Source: Mobula hypostoma
Taxonomy: Eukaryota
Direction: 5' to 3'
Assembly: GCF_963921235.1 (NCBI RefSeq)
Contig: NC_086097.1
Location: 103,852,001 to 103,916,000 of the forward strand
Length of the DNA: 64,000 nt
Each line of letters begins with the position of its first letter. Position 1 is the first letter of the stretch. Positions 27,301 through 40,369 of this stretch are shown here, one piece after another. The notes beneath the pieces are model-generated. The model was not told where the DNA came from and ran no database searches. It saw only the letters and a program-made list of their open reading frames with translations. The position numbers and the translations under genes were made by a program.

Positions 27301-29515
27301 AAGACATGAAGTTGCCTTGGCAGTCAAAGTGAAGGATAATTCAAAGAGCTTTTATAGGTATATTAAGAGTAAAAGGATTGTAAGGGATAAAATTGGTCCT
27401 CTTGAAGATTAGAGTGGTCGGCTATGTGCAGAACCAAAAGAAATGGGGGAGATCTTAAATGGGTTTTTTTGCCTCTATACTAATGAAACTGGCATGAAGT
27501 CTATGGAATTAAGGAAAACAAGTAGTGAGATCATGGAAACAGTACAGACTGAAAAGGAGGAGGTGCTTGCTAGCTTGAGGCAAATTACAGTGGATAAATC
27601 CCCAGGACCTGACAGGGTATTCACTTGGACCTTGAAGGAGACTAGTGTTGAAATTGCAGGGGCCCTGGCAGATATATTTAAAATGTCAGTGTCTACGGGT
27701 GAGGTGCCGGAGGATTGGAGAGTGGCTCATGTTTCTCCGTTGTTTAAAAAAGGATCGAAAAGTAATCCAGGAAATTATAGGCCGGTAAGTTTGACATTGC
27801 TAGTGGGTAAGTTATTGGAGGGAGTACTGAGACAGAATCTACAAGCATTTGGATAGTCAGGGACTTATTAGGGAGAGTCAATATGGCTTTGTGCATGGTA
27901 GGTCATGTTTGACCAATCTATTGGAGTTTTTCGAGGAGGTTACCAGGAAAGTGGATGAAGGGAAGGCAGTGGATGTTGTCTACATGGACTTCAGTAAGGC
28001 CTTTGACAAGATCCCGCATGGGAGGTTAGTTAGGAAAATTCAGTTGCTAGGTATACAATGGAGAGGTGGTAAATTGGATTAGATTTTGGCTCAATGGAAG
28101 AAGCCAAAGAGTGGTAGTAGAGGATTGCTTCTCAGAGTGGAGGCCTGTGACTAGTGGTGTGCTACAGGGATCAGTGCTGGATCCACTGTTATTTGTCATC
28201 TATATTAATGATCTGGATGATAATGTGGTAAATTGGATCAGCAAATTTGCTGATGCTACAAAGATTGGAGGTGTAGTGGACAATGAGGAAGGTTTTCAAA
28301 GCTTGCAGAGGGATTTGGACCAGCCGGAAAAATGGCAGATGGAGTTTAATACAGACAAATGTGAGGTATTGCACTTTGGAAGGACAAACCAAGGTAGAAC
28401 ATACAGGGTAAATGCTAAGGCACTGAGGAGTGCAGTAGAACAGAGGGATCTGGGAATACAGATACAAAATTCCCTAAAAGTGGTGTCACAGGTAGATAGG
28501 GTTGTAAAGAGAGCTTTTGGTACATTGGCCTTTATAAATCAAAGTACTGAGTATAAGGGCTTGAATGTTATGATGAGGTTGTATAAGGCATTGGTGAGGT
28601 TTTGGTTACCAAATTACAAGGAGGATATTAATAAGGTTGAAAGAGTGCAGAGAAGGTTTACAAGGATGTTGCCGGGACTTGAGAAACTCAGTTACAGAGA
28701 AAGGTTGAATAGGTTAGGACTTTATTCCCTGGAGCGTAGAAGAATGAGGGGAGATTTGATAGAGGTATATAAAATTATGATGGGTATAGATAGAGTGAAT
28801 GCAAGCAGGCTTTTTCTACTGAGGCAAGGAGAGAAAAAAAAGAGGACATGGGTTAAGGGGGAAGGGGGAAAAGTTTAAAGGAAACATTAGGGGATGCTTC
28901 TTCACACAGAGTGGTGGGAGCGTAGAATGAGCTGCCAGATGAGGTGGCAAGTGCGGGTTCTTTTTTAACAGTTAAGAATAACTTGGACAGATACATGGAT
29001 GGGAGGTGTATGGAGGGATATGGTCCGTGTGCAGATCAGTGGGACTAAGCAGAAAATGGTTTGGCATAGCCAAGAAGGGCCAAAAGGCCTGTTTCTGTTC
29101 TGTAGTTTTTCTATGGTTTCTATATAATAAAAGCAGGAATGATATGATAAATACACAGCCTATATAAAGTAGAAATAATGTATGTACAGTATAGTCAGGA
29201 ATATGAAGGCAAAATCGATTTTAGAGGGGAAAAAATCGGCATATATGCGCATGCGCACATCACATACGCACACAGGTGCCCGTGCAAGGCTTCATGGTCA
29301 TGGTAGTCTTTCCTGGGGTAAAGTGTCCCGGGATTTGACTGCTACTTTTGTCCCTTATTTGGGAGTGAGAAAGTTGGCAACCCTAACTGTAAAAGACATG
29401 TTGAGGTGAGTTTAACCCTACTTGAACACCCCCCCCACCCACCCAGTTGGCCGGTCCGCAAGAATATTGTCAATATTAGACCAGTCCATGGTGCAAAAAA
29501 GGTTGGGGACCCCCT
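24384..29515. mobile_element. hAT-type non-autonomous element (composite), interrupted by a full-length CR1
   Basis: TIRs CAGCGGTCCCCAACC / GGTTGGGGACCCCCT; 8-bp TSD ATCTATGG (24376-24383) / ACCTATGG (29516-29523). Confidence 0.8.
24761..29122 (+). mobile_element. Full-length decayed CR1 LINE (ORF1 zinc-finger/coiled-coil plus SGNH esterase ~25250-26172; ORF2 APE+RT ~26300-28880)
   Basis: ORF1 CSSCRMWE, VIGDSIVRG, DGLHLN. ORF2 YFNARSI, ISETWL, SDHN, KSPGPD, DFSKAFD, QGSVLDP. TTCTATGG tail. Confidence 0.95.
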
Positions 29516-30389
29516 ACCTATGGAAATAAATAAACAGCTGATGTTTCAGGCCAAGACCCTTCCTCAGGACCAGAAAGGAAGAAGGAAGATGCCAGAATAA
29601 AAAAAGTGGGTGGAGGGGAAGGAGGATGAGCTAGAAGACAATGGATGAAGCCAGGTGGGTGGGAAAGACATAGGGCTGAAAAAGAAGGAATCTGATAAGA
29701 CAGGAGAGTGGACCATGGGAGAAAGGGAAGGGGAGGGTACCAGGGGAAGGTGAGAAGTGGTAAAAGGCCAGAGTGGTGATTTGAAGAGGGACAGGGAAAG
29801 GATTTTTTCTTAAACCATTTGGAGAAACTGATGTTCATGCCATCAGATTGGAGGCTACCTTGACAGAACATGAGGTGTTGCTCCTCCACCCTGAACATGG
29901 CCTTATCATGGCTAAACAAGAGCTCATGGGCCGACACGTTGGAATGGAAATGAGGACAGTAATAAAAATGGTTGGCCTCAAGGAAATTCCGCTTTTGGTG
30001 GATGGAACAGAGGTGCTCAACAAAGCAGTCCCCTAATTTATGTCGGGTCTCACCAATGCAGAAGAGGCTGCATCGGCAGTACCAGATACAACAGACAACC
30101 CCAACAGATTCGCAGGTGAAGTACTACCTCACCTGGACTGCTTGGGGCCTCCAATGGAGGCAAGAGAAGAGGTGAATGTAAGAGAGGAATATGTGCCAGG
30201 AGTGGGAGGAACCACAGAGGGAGTAATCACTACAGAAAGCAGAGAATGGAGGGGGGGAGAAGAGGGGTAAAGATCTATTGTTGTGGGGAATGATGTGTTG
30301 GATGCAGAGGTGCAAAGAACAGTACAGCCTTCCTATGCATTACACTGGATTGTCAGTCTAGAAAGTTTTGTTCAGGTCCTTAGTCAGAT

Positions 30390-31400
30390 GTACAGCATGG
30401 AAGCTGAACCTTCGGGCCAACTTGTCCACAACAACCAACTTGGTCCCATTTGCCTGCATTTGGCACATATCACTCTAAACATTACCCATCCATGAACATT
30501 TCTAAATGTCTTCTAAATGTTATAAATTGTGTCCACCTCTGCAACTTCCACTGACAGCTCATTACATAAACTCACCATCCTGTGTGTGGAAAAACCTGCC
30601 CCTCAGGTCCCCTCTAAATTACCTCCTCACCTCTCGTTTTAGGCTCCCCTGCCCTGCGGAGAAGACTGTGACTAGCCCCCTTAGCTATGACTCTCATGAT
30701 CTTACAAAACTCTAGAAAGTCACTGCTCAGCTTTATTCGCTCCAAGAAAAACAGCCCCAGTCTATTTGGTCTCTCCATATAACTTAAGTCCTCCAGTCTC
30801 AGTAATATTCTTATGAATCTCTCGTCTACTCCCTCTTGCTTGCTCTTTCCCATACAGCAACAATCAGAACTATTCACAATATTTCATGTGTATACCAACA
30901 TCTTGTTTTGCTGTAATATCCCAACACTTGTACTAAGTCCCTTCCCAATGAAGAAGGTATCTGACAAGCTTACCTTCACCACCTGTCATGTGTTGTCATT
31001 TAAGGGAAATGTGTCCTTGTACTCCAGGGTAACTCTGCTCAACAGTGCCATTCACTGTGCATGTCCCTTGTTTACCTTCCAAAAATGAATTACCTGGCAC
31101 TTGTCTGAGTTCAATTCCATCTGCCATTCCCTGTCCACTTTCCAATTGGCCTACATCCAAACATTCTGCACCGTCCACTCTACTACCAATTTTGCTTTAA
31201 TTGTCAACTTGTCAAGCACACCACTTCCATTCTCATCCAAATCATGACAAACAATGGTGGATCTAGCTCTGATCTTGGGCACACCACTAGTCAATATGAA
31301 AAGCAGTCCTTCACTACCACCCTCTAAACCCTACCATCAAGCCAATTTGGTATCCAATTGGTTACCTTGCGCTGAATTCTATGTGATCTAACCTTCTACA
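30390..31400 (-). mobile_element. Decayed CR1 3' half
   Basis: Minus ORF remnant RFIRILLRLEDLSYMERPNRLGLFFLERIKL. Confidence 0.7.
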
Positions 31401-31454
31401 GCAGGCGTCACACTGACAGTATGTAATCAGTTCTCATCTTTCCAGCTGCAAATA

Positions 31455-31991
31455 CATTCAGTGGCCACTTTATTAGGTACAGGAGTGGAACCCAGTGTGG
31501 TCTTCTGCTGCTGCTGTAGCCCATCCACTTCAAGGTTTGTGTGTCCGGAGATGCTTTTCTGTATACCACTGTTATAATGCATGGTTACTTGAGTTGCCGT
31601 TGCCTTCATGTCAGCTTGAACAAATCTAACCATTCTCCCTCCACCTCTCTCATTAACAAGGCATTTTCAGCCACAGAAATGCCACTCACTGGACTTTCGT
31701 TTTGCTTTTCACACTATTCTGTAAACTCTTAGACACTACTGTGCATGAAAATCCCAGATCAGCAGTTTCTGAGATACTTAAACCATCCTGTCTGGCACCA
31801 ATATTTATTTCACAGACAAAGTTACTGAAGTCACATTGCTTCCCCATTCTGATGTTTGGTCTGATCAACAACTGAACCTCTTGACCATGTCTGTATGCAG
31901 TTATTCACCAAGTTGCTGCCATGTGATTGGGTGATTAGATATTTGCTTTCACAAGCAGGTGCACAGTACCTAATAAAGTTGCCACTGACTG
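31455..31991 (-). mobile_element. Non-autonomous Tc1-like element
   Basis: TA flanks; TIRs CATTCAGTGGCCACTTTATTAGGTAC / GTACCTAATAAAGTTGCCACTGACTG; transposase N-terminal remnants. Confidence 0.85.
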
Positions 31992-32374
31992 TAGATCCTT
32001 ACTTTCAAAAGTAAGATCCTTACTTAGAAATAGTGTGTTCCTTTCTCTCTAGTTGTGGGTTTCACATTGACTGAGGAATATGTGGGCTCTGCACACTGCA
32101 TAACAGATTGAGTAGGTGGAATGAGAGAAGGTAGGCAGAAATTCATGACATTGCACACTCTCCTGTTTGTATGTGGCATCCTTGTTCTCCTGCCTTGGAG
32201 AAAGGGGACTCCTTCATTTTAAGCAATCACAAACCAGGGATTTCCAAAAGTTGGATTTAATCTTTGTAAGGAAAAGTTGATAATGTACTGAAGTGTTCTC
32301 TCTGTCCTCCTGGAGATCACTACCTGGACTGGAGCTCACATTTGGCCACTTGTTTCCAAAGTTTGGCATCAGTA

Positions 32375-33918
32375 TAGGTGTCCCCCGCTTTTCAAACGTT
32401 CGCTTTACGAAAGACCTACATTAGTACCCTATTTTCACTTTCAGAAGGTGTATTCACTGTTACAAAAAAAAATTCAGCGCGCGATAAAAGGCAGTGCGCC
32501 CTGAGCAGCCGCTCTCCCCCGGATTCTCGCCGGCATTGCTTAAACACAAGCCTGTGAGCAGCCGTTTGCAATATGAGTTCTATGGTATCGGAAAAGCCTG
32601 AAAGAGCTCGTAAGGGTGTTACACTTACGGTAAAACTAGACATAATTAAGCGTTTTGATCGTGGTGAACGAAGTAAGGACAACGTGAGTTTGGCTTGTGG
32701 AAGTTGACGAAGATGATGTTGAAGAGGTTATGGCCTCCCATCACCAAGAACTGACAGATGAAGAGCTGATGCAATTGGAAGTAAAAAGGATAACAATCAA
32801 AACCGAATGAGTAATGATAAAGTACGACTTTAATTTTAAAAGGGTACGTCGGTTTAGGGGATATTTGCAGGATGGTTTGAATCCTTATTAAAGAACTGTG
32901 TGATAGAAAAATACGCGAGGCTCAGCAGTCAAGCAAGCCTTCCACATCAGCCACAGCAGACGAAGAACCTCAACCTTCGACATTGAGGCAGGCAGTCATT
33001 GGAGATGAGCTGCCTGCTCTAATGGAAACAGGCGACGAGATGACACCCCAGTGTCCCACCGCCCCAACCCCCAGGCCACAGACAGATACCAATTCGCAGA
33101 GAATGCAAAGGTAGCCAGGAGGCACACAGCACATCTTTAAAAAACCGAAATAAACATGCTAATTAATTAGGTGCCGCCGACACGTAATTGTCGGCCCGGA
33201 TCAGTGACAACGAAATCGGAAATCGGCACTGATCTGGGCCGACAATTACGGGCGACACCTAATTAATTAGCATGTTTGTTTCGGCTTTTTTCTTAAAGAT
33301 GTGCTGCGTACCTCCCGGCTACCGCTGGACCCCTGCATTCTTCGCGGCAATGTATCGCTCAGCGGCCTGGACGGTGGGGGGAGGGGGGGTGCCACTGCAC
33401 CAGCCAAACTCCGACGACTCAGTCTAACACACCATTATCAGTGTGCTTGGCGCTGTCCCGATTCCCATAAGTGACACTACACTGTACATACATTATTTCT
33501 ACTTTATATCAGCTGTGTATTTTTACGTGTTATTTGGTATGATTTGGTAGCTTCATAGTTTAAAGGTTACTGGAGAGCGCTTGCGCCGTGTTTTTGCCAA
33601 CAGCGCTTGCGTGAGATTTTCTGCCGACGGCGCTTGCGTGAGATTTTTGCTCCAGAGAACAGTTCAGTAATGATTGTGGAAAAGTATTTCTACTTTATAG
33701 GCTGTGTATTTATCATATCATTCCTGCTTTTACTATATGTTACTGTTATTTTAGGTTTTATGTGTTATTTGGCATGATTTGGTAGGTTATTTTTGGGTCT
33801 GCGAATGCTCATAAAATTTTCCCATAAATAAATGGTAATTGCTTCTTCACTTTACGACATTTCGGCTTACGAACCGTTTCATAGGAACGCTCTACCTTCG
33901 GATGGCAGGGGAAACCTG
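32375..33918 (+). mobile_element. Tigger/pogo-family non-autonomous transposon
   Basis: TA flanks; TIRs (C/T)AGGTGTCCCCCGC / GCAGGGGAAACCTG; CENP-B-like HTH remnant RKGVTLTVKLDIIKRFDRGE; acidic C-terminal remnant DDVEEVMASHHQELTDEELMQLE. Confidence 0.85.
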
Positions 33919-33999
33919 TATATGAAAAAGTGGCCAGATGTAATTAGACCAAGTTAAAATATTACTTTAAATTCCTGTGTAGGCGAGTGGTAAAATAGC

Positions 34000-35940
34000 T
34001 TGGGAATGGGTTGGATAAGGGAGCAGGGTGGGAGATGAGCTGTTAACAGCATGATTGGTCTTGGTTTACGTACACTTCTTTAGTCAGCTGGTTGACTGGA
34101 GGCAATGACTTTTAAACAGCACCTCAAGAAAGTAATCTATGCTTTCAGGATCCTGTTGTAAATTGTCAGTGTTGGGGGCTCTTCCAGGTTTTTGATGAAA
34201 GGCCAGTTTTTTTTATAAGTGCCAATGACAGAATCAATACCTTGGAGCTTGGCTTTACAGCGTGTACAAATCCAAACATTAGCTGCATGCTAGAATTTTA
34301 GGTTGGGATGATCTTAGTTTCAGAGTCCAGGAAAAGGTGGAGCACTTCTTCACTTTACTTGCAGACCAACTCCACTCCAGCAGTGAGCTTATTGGTGTAC
34401 TATTGTATAGAGAAGGGCTAAAAAGATTGTAGCAACAACCACTCCTTTTTTCAGCAGTTTAGTTGCCCCAAAAGTTTTATTGTTTCAACTGTTGGATGGC
34501 CTTTTCAACATTCTTCCAGGTTGAGGTAGCATCAATTTGTATAACAAGATGATATGGGAAGTAGTCAAGGACACTTGTATCCAACAGATGCTCAAAGAGC
34601 CACTCTGCTAGGTGCTCTGTCTTTGATAAGCTCTCCCCAGTAGTACAATAAGCAGAGCCATTGCCTCACAGTACCAGTGGCCTGGGGTCAATCCCAACAT
34701 CTTGTGCAGTCCATGTAGAATTTCTCTATGATTACCTTGCTGGTGGTCCAGTTTTCTCCCAAATTCCAAAGACTTGCAGGTTGGTAGGGTAATTGTAAAT
34801 TGTCCCTGATGAGTAGCTGAGTGGTAGAATCTGGAGAGAATTTATAGGAGCATGGGGAAAGGAGAGAGATTAATGTAAATGGGTGTTCTGTAGTCAGCAT
34901 GGGTTCAAGGGGACTGGGCAACCTGCTTCCACAGAGTACGACTATGGATCTATGACTGTTTTGGTAAGGCAAGCCGAGAGGTAACTTGCAAGATAGGCTT
35001 AATAAAGGATTGCTATCCTTCCACCCACCATCTTTCCTTAAGATCAATAATTTTTGGGCCTCCCTTTCAGATGCATGTGGATCGTGCAAGTATACTGCAG
35101 GTTGAAAAGCCAGGCGAAACTTCACACTGAATGACAGTGGCCTCAGAACAGATGGATGCTGTAAAGACTGCAGTTCCCCAGGGCACTAACTACTTTGTGG
35201 GACTTTAATCGATACAAAAACAATGTTAAGTGAGTAGATCAGTGGCAGCTAGTCCAGCAGCGCTTGGCAACTGTGACAGTGTTTGATGTGGACATCCCTG
35301 CAGACCTTCACTTGCAGGTGCTTGGATTGAAAAGCTGCTCTCGTTTATAAAACTGGATGTTCCATGTTCCAAGCATTTTGACAGGAGGATAACACCTTCA
35401 TTACCTAACTCATCTCCAGGAAGTTTGGATCTTTTCTAACTCCGGCACTGAATTTACTGAGGAGTGGCAGCTTGTTTCCTGGTTAACAATCTTGCCAGGG
35501 AATGTCAAGGGCCAGAGCAGAATTTCTCTCCAAGTTCATCCCATAGCTCTGGGGTTAGAATTTAATCCCACTGATCACAAAGAGTTCACTGCACAGAGCG
35601 GTCTTTAAACAAACACAAATTCCAACGGAGGTTATCAGGGGTGGTGAAGAGGGTTGGTGATGGCAGTAAAGAAATTGCCAGGTCCCAAAACCAGCTCAGT
35701 CTTAAAGACATGACCCATCCATAAAGACTGCAATCCTCAGTCCTGTTTCCTTCTCAAATCCACTCCCCCACTTGCTGTCCTTGCTCTTTGAGTTGGCCCC
35801 TCCAACACATCATGTTACTCAAAGCACCAATGTCAATACTAAACCATCCAACTCACTGGGCAAGGTTCAATTTTCTTATGGCTCAGGTTGGCCATGAAAG
35901 TCCTAACATTCCAGCTTCCAAAGTCCATTTTGGCAAATGA
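34000..35940 (-). mobile_element. Highly decayed RTE-clade LINE
   Basis: Endonuclease start MDFGSWNVRT at ~35935-35905, with scattered ORF2-like remnants toward 34000. Confidence 0.5.
34640..34950 (+). mobile_element. tRNA-derived SINE (V/Deu-SINE-like)
   Basis: Degenerate A/B-box head (TTGCCTCACAG..GGGTCAATCCC) followed by TTCTCCCAAATTCCAAAGAC..GGTTGGTAGG..TGTAAATTGTCCC core. Confidence 0.6.
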
Positions 35941-36089
35941 GTGCCTGCATACAATTTCTTTTAACATGGGATACCATACACACCCACCAACATATAGACT
36001 TGACAGAGAAAGATTTTGGCACAAAGGCAAAGAAATCTAAGACAATCAGAAACCTAATACAGAGACCTGCAACAGATACACATATCCAG

Positions 36090-36432
36090 ACATGCACATC
36101 TCCTCGTGCACTGGGAATCCAGCATTTTCCAACTTGGAAATCATAGTACCAGTGATAATGATGAACTGCTCGAACTTCCAGACCCATCACACAAACACAC
36201 ACAAAATGCTGGAGGAGCTCACCAGGCCAAGTAGCATCTATGGGAAAAAGAGTACAAAAACCCTTTGGCTCCAAGGGTTGTAGGTGGAGGGCAGTTAAGA
36301 AGTTCAAAAAAATCTCCCTTTGACCCCACTCCACTTTGGATGAAAGGAGACCTTGGGTGACTTAAAATGAAACCCAAAAGAGTACAGCACAAGGTTATTA
36401 GTTTTCTGTGATGCACATTTAAGGCAAGTGCT
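36090..36432. repeat. Copy 1 of a diverged ~270-bp direct duplication (partner 37895-38160)
   Basis: Shared blocks such as GTGATAATGATGAACTGCTCGAACT and CCACTTTGGATGAAAGGAGACC; copy 1 contains a Penelope-terminus fragment. Confidence 0.85.
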
Positions 36433-36581
36433 CCCAGACAAGGGAAGGATTTCAGTAATACAAATGCAGGCTACATCACTGGTGAGTTGTTTATACACAC
36501 AAAGGTCTAGCACCCAAACAATATAAGTACAGCTTGGCATTTGCAACTGTTTTGCACCTGTAACAGTGACACGTACACTAT

Positions 36582-37541
36582 GGCTACGTCCACGCTACGC
36601 CGGATAATTTTGAAAACGCCGGTTTCGAGTAAAAACGACAGGCATCCACACTAAGCGTTTTTCAAAATATCTCCGTCCACATTAGGGCGAATCTCCTCCT
36701 ACTGGGCATGCGCAGGACACACACAGAAAACAAGTGAAGAGGAAACGATATACTTCGTGCACGTTTGTCCAGTTACAGAGTAGAAAAACTTTAAAGGAAT
36801 TACTCTTGGCTCTTGCACAGGAGGACTTAAAACTTAAAAAAACAAATACTGGAGCGTATGGAGGCAACCGACAGGGAGTTCACGGACAGTATGACCCAGC
36901 TGACAACGAACATTGAAAAACTAACTGTTACATTAATAAAGCACCTTGTTAAATGTATAAAACGTCTGCATCAACGTTATCTTGCATTTCCATACATTAG
37001 GCTGTTACACATCTATTGTCAGAGAAGTACTTGCATAAATAGGTAAACCACCTTCATACAAGCAAGGACAGAAAACAGGGCGAAGTGAGTATACTTATTT
37101 ATTCAGTAAGCTATGGGTCAACTGGCTTCAGTCTCGTCCGTCTGTTCTGAAATTGTTAGGTGGTGGCGTTCAAGAAAACAACGAACATCTGTTCCAGCAC
37201 GTCATGACAGCGTTTGTAAATAGTCAAAAAAACTCACTTTACAATTTAACTCTCACGCCGTTCACACCGACTGCGCGTTATAACAGCTTGCGCAGTACCA
37301 AGCAGAAGCAGAAAAAAGCATTGTTGTTGTGGTGTTGTCATGACAGCGTTTTAAAATCTCTCCGGTTACCCCGTACACACTATGCCGGATATTAAGCGTT
37401 TTCAGATTTATTCACTCTGGAGAGTGTTTTCGAAAATCTCCGTTTTCAGGGTCAAAACACCGGCTCAGTGTGGACGGGAGGGCAAAATGAAGAGAAAAAG
37501 CTTTGTTTTCAAAATTATCCGGCGCAGTGTGGACTATGTCC
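36582..37541. mobile_element. PIF/Harbinger-like MITE
   Basis: TIRs GGCTACGTCCACGCTACGCCGGATAATTTTGAAAAC / GTTTTCAAAATTATCCGGCGCAGTGTGGACTA; CpG-rich. Confidence 0.75.
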
Positions 37542-37894
37542 TGAGCAACAAGCCCAACACCTGCCAAAAGACAGAAGAGCTCAATGCACGCCTAATTTAG
37601 GTTAAATTGTCATAATGACAAAGCTGTGCCCTGAGGCACACACTGAAGTCAACATAATTAGCCAGCTGAGAGAATAGTTATACTTCTTCAACGTTTCTAC
37701 ATTAAAACATTTCTACATTAAACACACATTTCTACATTAAAAAGATCCTTAACAACTGTCAATTCTAATTGCACCTTTAACATAGTAAATCGCCTTAAGG
37801 AACTTTACAAATATTGAAATCAGGCCAAAAGGAAAAGCTGGTTAGACCAGTGACCAAAACTGGCTGAACATAATAGAGTAGGGACTTGCAGATA

Positions 37895-38160
37895 CACATA
37901 TCCTCATGCATTGGGAATCCAGCATTTCCAATTTAGAAATCAGAGTAGTACTGGTGATAATGATGAACTGCTCGAACTCCCAGACCCATCAGATGATCAG
38001 TTTTGCTCCAAGGGTTATGGGTGAAGGGCAGGAGAGAAATTCAAAAAATCCTCCTTTGACTCTGTTCCACTTTGGATGAAAGGAGACCTCGGGTGACTTA
38101 AAATGAAACCCACAAGGTTACTAATCAGTTTTCTGTGACGCACATTTAATGCAAGTACTT
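37895..38160. repeat. Copy 2 of the direct duplication
   Basis: Collinear with 36090-36432. Confidence 0.85.
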
Positions 38161-39029
38161 TTGGGTAGGCTCTGGACAGTGGAAGACACAGCTCTCAATA
38201 GCGGCCACAAAACAGAACAGTTTGTTTTTAGGTTTATATGGTAAGATTACACAGAAGCAGGTTTGGAGGTACTGGAGTACCAGTGACCAAGTGAGGCCAG
38301 CAAACACAGGGATGATGTCCAAGTTGATTTGGTATGAACTTTATACAAACTCAAGACCAAGCTAACAAGGAAAGATTTTGAATTGTCATGTCCAAAAATA
38401 ATGAAACTACTGACTTTAGTACTATCGCCATTTGAGAGTTCAAAGTTGCAGAATATTAATGTTAGGGCTGAATTTCTTTTTAATTTACAAATACATTTTA
38501 TGTCACCAGTTTATTTAAGAAAATGACTGCCCACCAGTTGCACTGCAAGTAGAACCAGTATCTCACCGCACTAGACAGCCAGATTCAACACTGACCTGTG
38601 CTATTTGACTACGTGGGTTTCTTCAGCTTCCACCAACATCACAAAAATTCTTGATCTTAAAAGATTGATATTGCTAAATTACATAAAGCATTTTAGTAGA
38701 CAAGAGATAGAATAGTTATTTTGCGCTCAGTTAAAATAAAAGCACTTCACAGCTGGAACAAGTACTCATTTAAAATGCCATCCTTAAAGCATAGGTTTTC
38801 AGGTAAGAACATCTATCTGCAGAAATCCTCAGATGTATTAGCTACTGACCTACAGTTTGACCAGAGAACTGAACAATGACTGATTAGAACTTTACACTGA
38901 AAAATCTAGAAGTAATACACAAAGCATAAATGCAGCAAGTTGCCAAATGTAGCTGCAATATATTTTTTTTTCAGAACTCACATGTGCAACATCATATAAT
39001 TAGAAACATCTAACCAAGTTTTAAACTGC

Positions 39030-39250
39030 ATCATGAACGGTCCCAAGCCAGCTATGAAAGAGGAGGGGTGGGCATCAGCCTAGCAACCCTGTCCATAAAA
39101 GCCCAGTGCTACAGAAACACAAAGACCTCATCCTTGGAAGAGGAAGGAGCTTCGACAGGCTACACTTTCAAACATTGGCTCAGGACAGAGGATACTTGTG
39201 AGCTGCTATTGGCAGCCTTTGCCCCAATAGTAGTGGTGAACATAAGAACA
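39030..39250 (+). mobile_element. Short RTE-derived (bipartite SINE-like) repeat
   Basis: CTAGCAACCCTGTCCATAAAA 5'-type motif joined to an LAQDRG-like RTE 3' end. Confidence 0.4.
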
Positions 39251-40369
39251 AAGTTTTTATTGAAGCAAATTTAAACTATAGTCATTCAATTCCTAACAGT
39301 TATTACTTTGTCTATGGCTGAGGGAAAGTGTGTAACATACATGCTGACACATTGAAGTATTTCCTCCAACAATAGTTTACTGCAATACAACATGTGGAAC
39401 ACTGTCAATGTTTAGTCAATAGGCCAATAAATTATAGCTTTAGCCACCTTTGCCAGAAATTCATCTTCTCCTCTGCATTGTTTGGACAGATGCAGGCCAT
39501 AGTTTTAAGATTTAATCACTCCTAATTATTGTCCTGCTTATTTTTTTAAAGCGTGCACTGTTCGATGGAAAAGCGGCTAAATTACATTACTTCTCTATTT
39601 AGCACATCAGGAGATATTAATTAGGGCAGATATTGTATCACTTAATCACTTCAAAAGCACAACATTAATTAGATGTTCATTGTTTACCTTCAAGCTTATT
39701 ATATAAACAAGCAATTGGGAAGTAACCATGCTGCAGGCAATATGAAATGGCTGTCCCCAGTTAAATGCATTTGGAATTGTTTTCTGCACTGAATTATAAA
39801 TCCAGCCAACTCCCATGAGCTAACCGCTGCAATAGTACAGACCAGATATGTAGATACAACCAAATTTGGAAATACAATTTTAAGTGAAAAAAAAGTTATT
39901 GCAAACAATTTCTGATCTTGACCTCCATTCCATTCCCACCCAAAACAAAACTATACAGTGAAGGTGGGGGGGGGGGGGGATCTTAAAAAATGTTCTTGGA
40001 ACACAAAATCAGATGACAAAAATTGGATTAAAGATCTGCAGAGAGACAAGACTCTTGTAAATAAGACATGGGGTGAATTGTGTACCAGTCTGAAAGGAAG
40101 ACAAATCAGTCACCAGAATCCCTGCTGTGCAACAGTGTGGAATACATCTTCATTCTGAGGTGTCGTCATCAAGTTGTGTCCCCCACTGCACTATCACAGA
40201 CACCCTTCCAACCTCATCAACAAAACACACTCACAGCCTCATTTTATTCAGTAAACTGCTCACAAATTCACCACCATTCTCAATTCTGTACCAAATATTT
40301 TTGACCTCATCTACTCTCACCCTCCCCTTCAAACCCCTAACACATTCTCCCCTCCCCATCTCTCACTGA

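Larger units (their letters stand above)
24305..30300 (-). mobile_element. Penelope-like element split by the hAT-type MITE (outer pieces 24305-24383 and 29516-30300)
   Basis: Terminus sequence is continuous across the insertion; RVEEQHLMFCQGSLQSDGMN; degenerate hammerhead at 29536-29571. Confidence 0.75.

Noticed and set aside
37950..38005. C/D-box snoRNA (ATGATGA) in the duplicated segment
   Set aside because: The box C is antisense to the host transcript, and no properly placed CTGA box D or terminal stem is evident.
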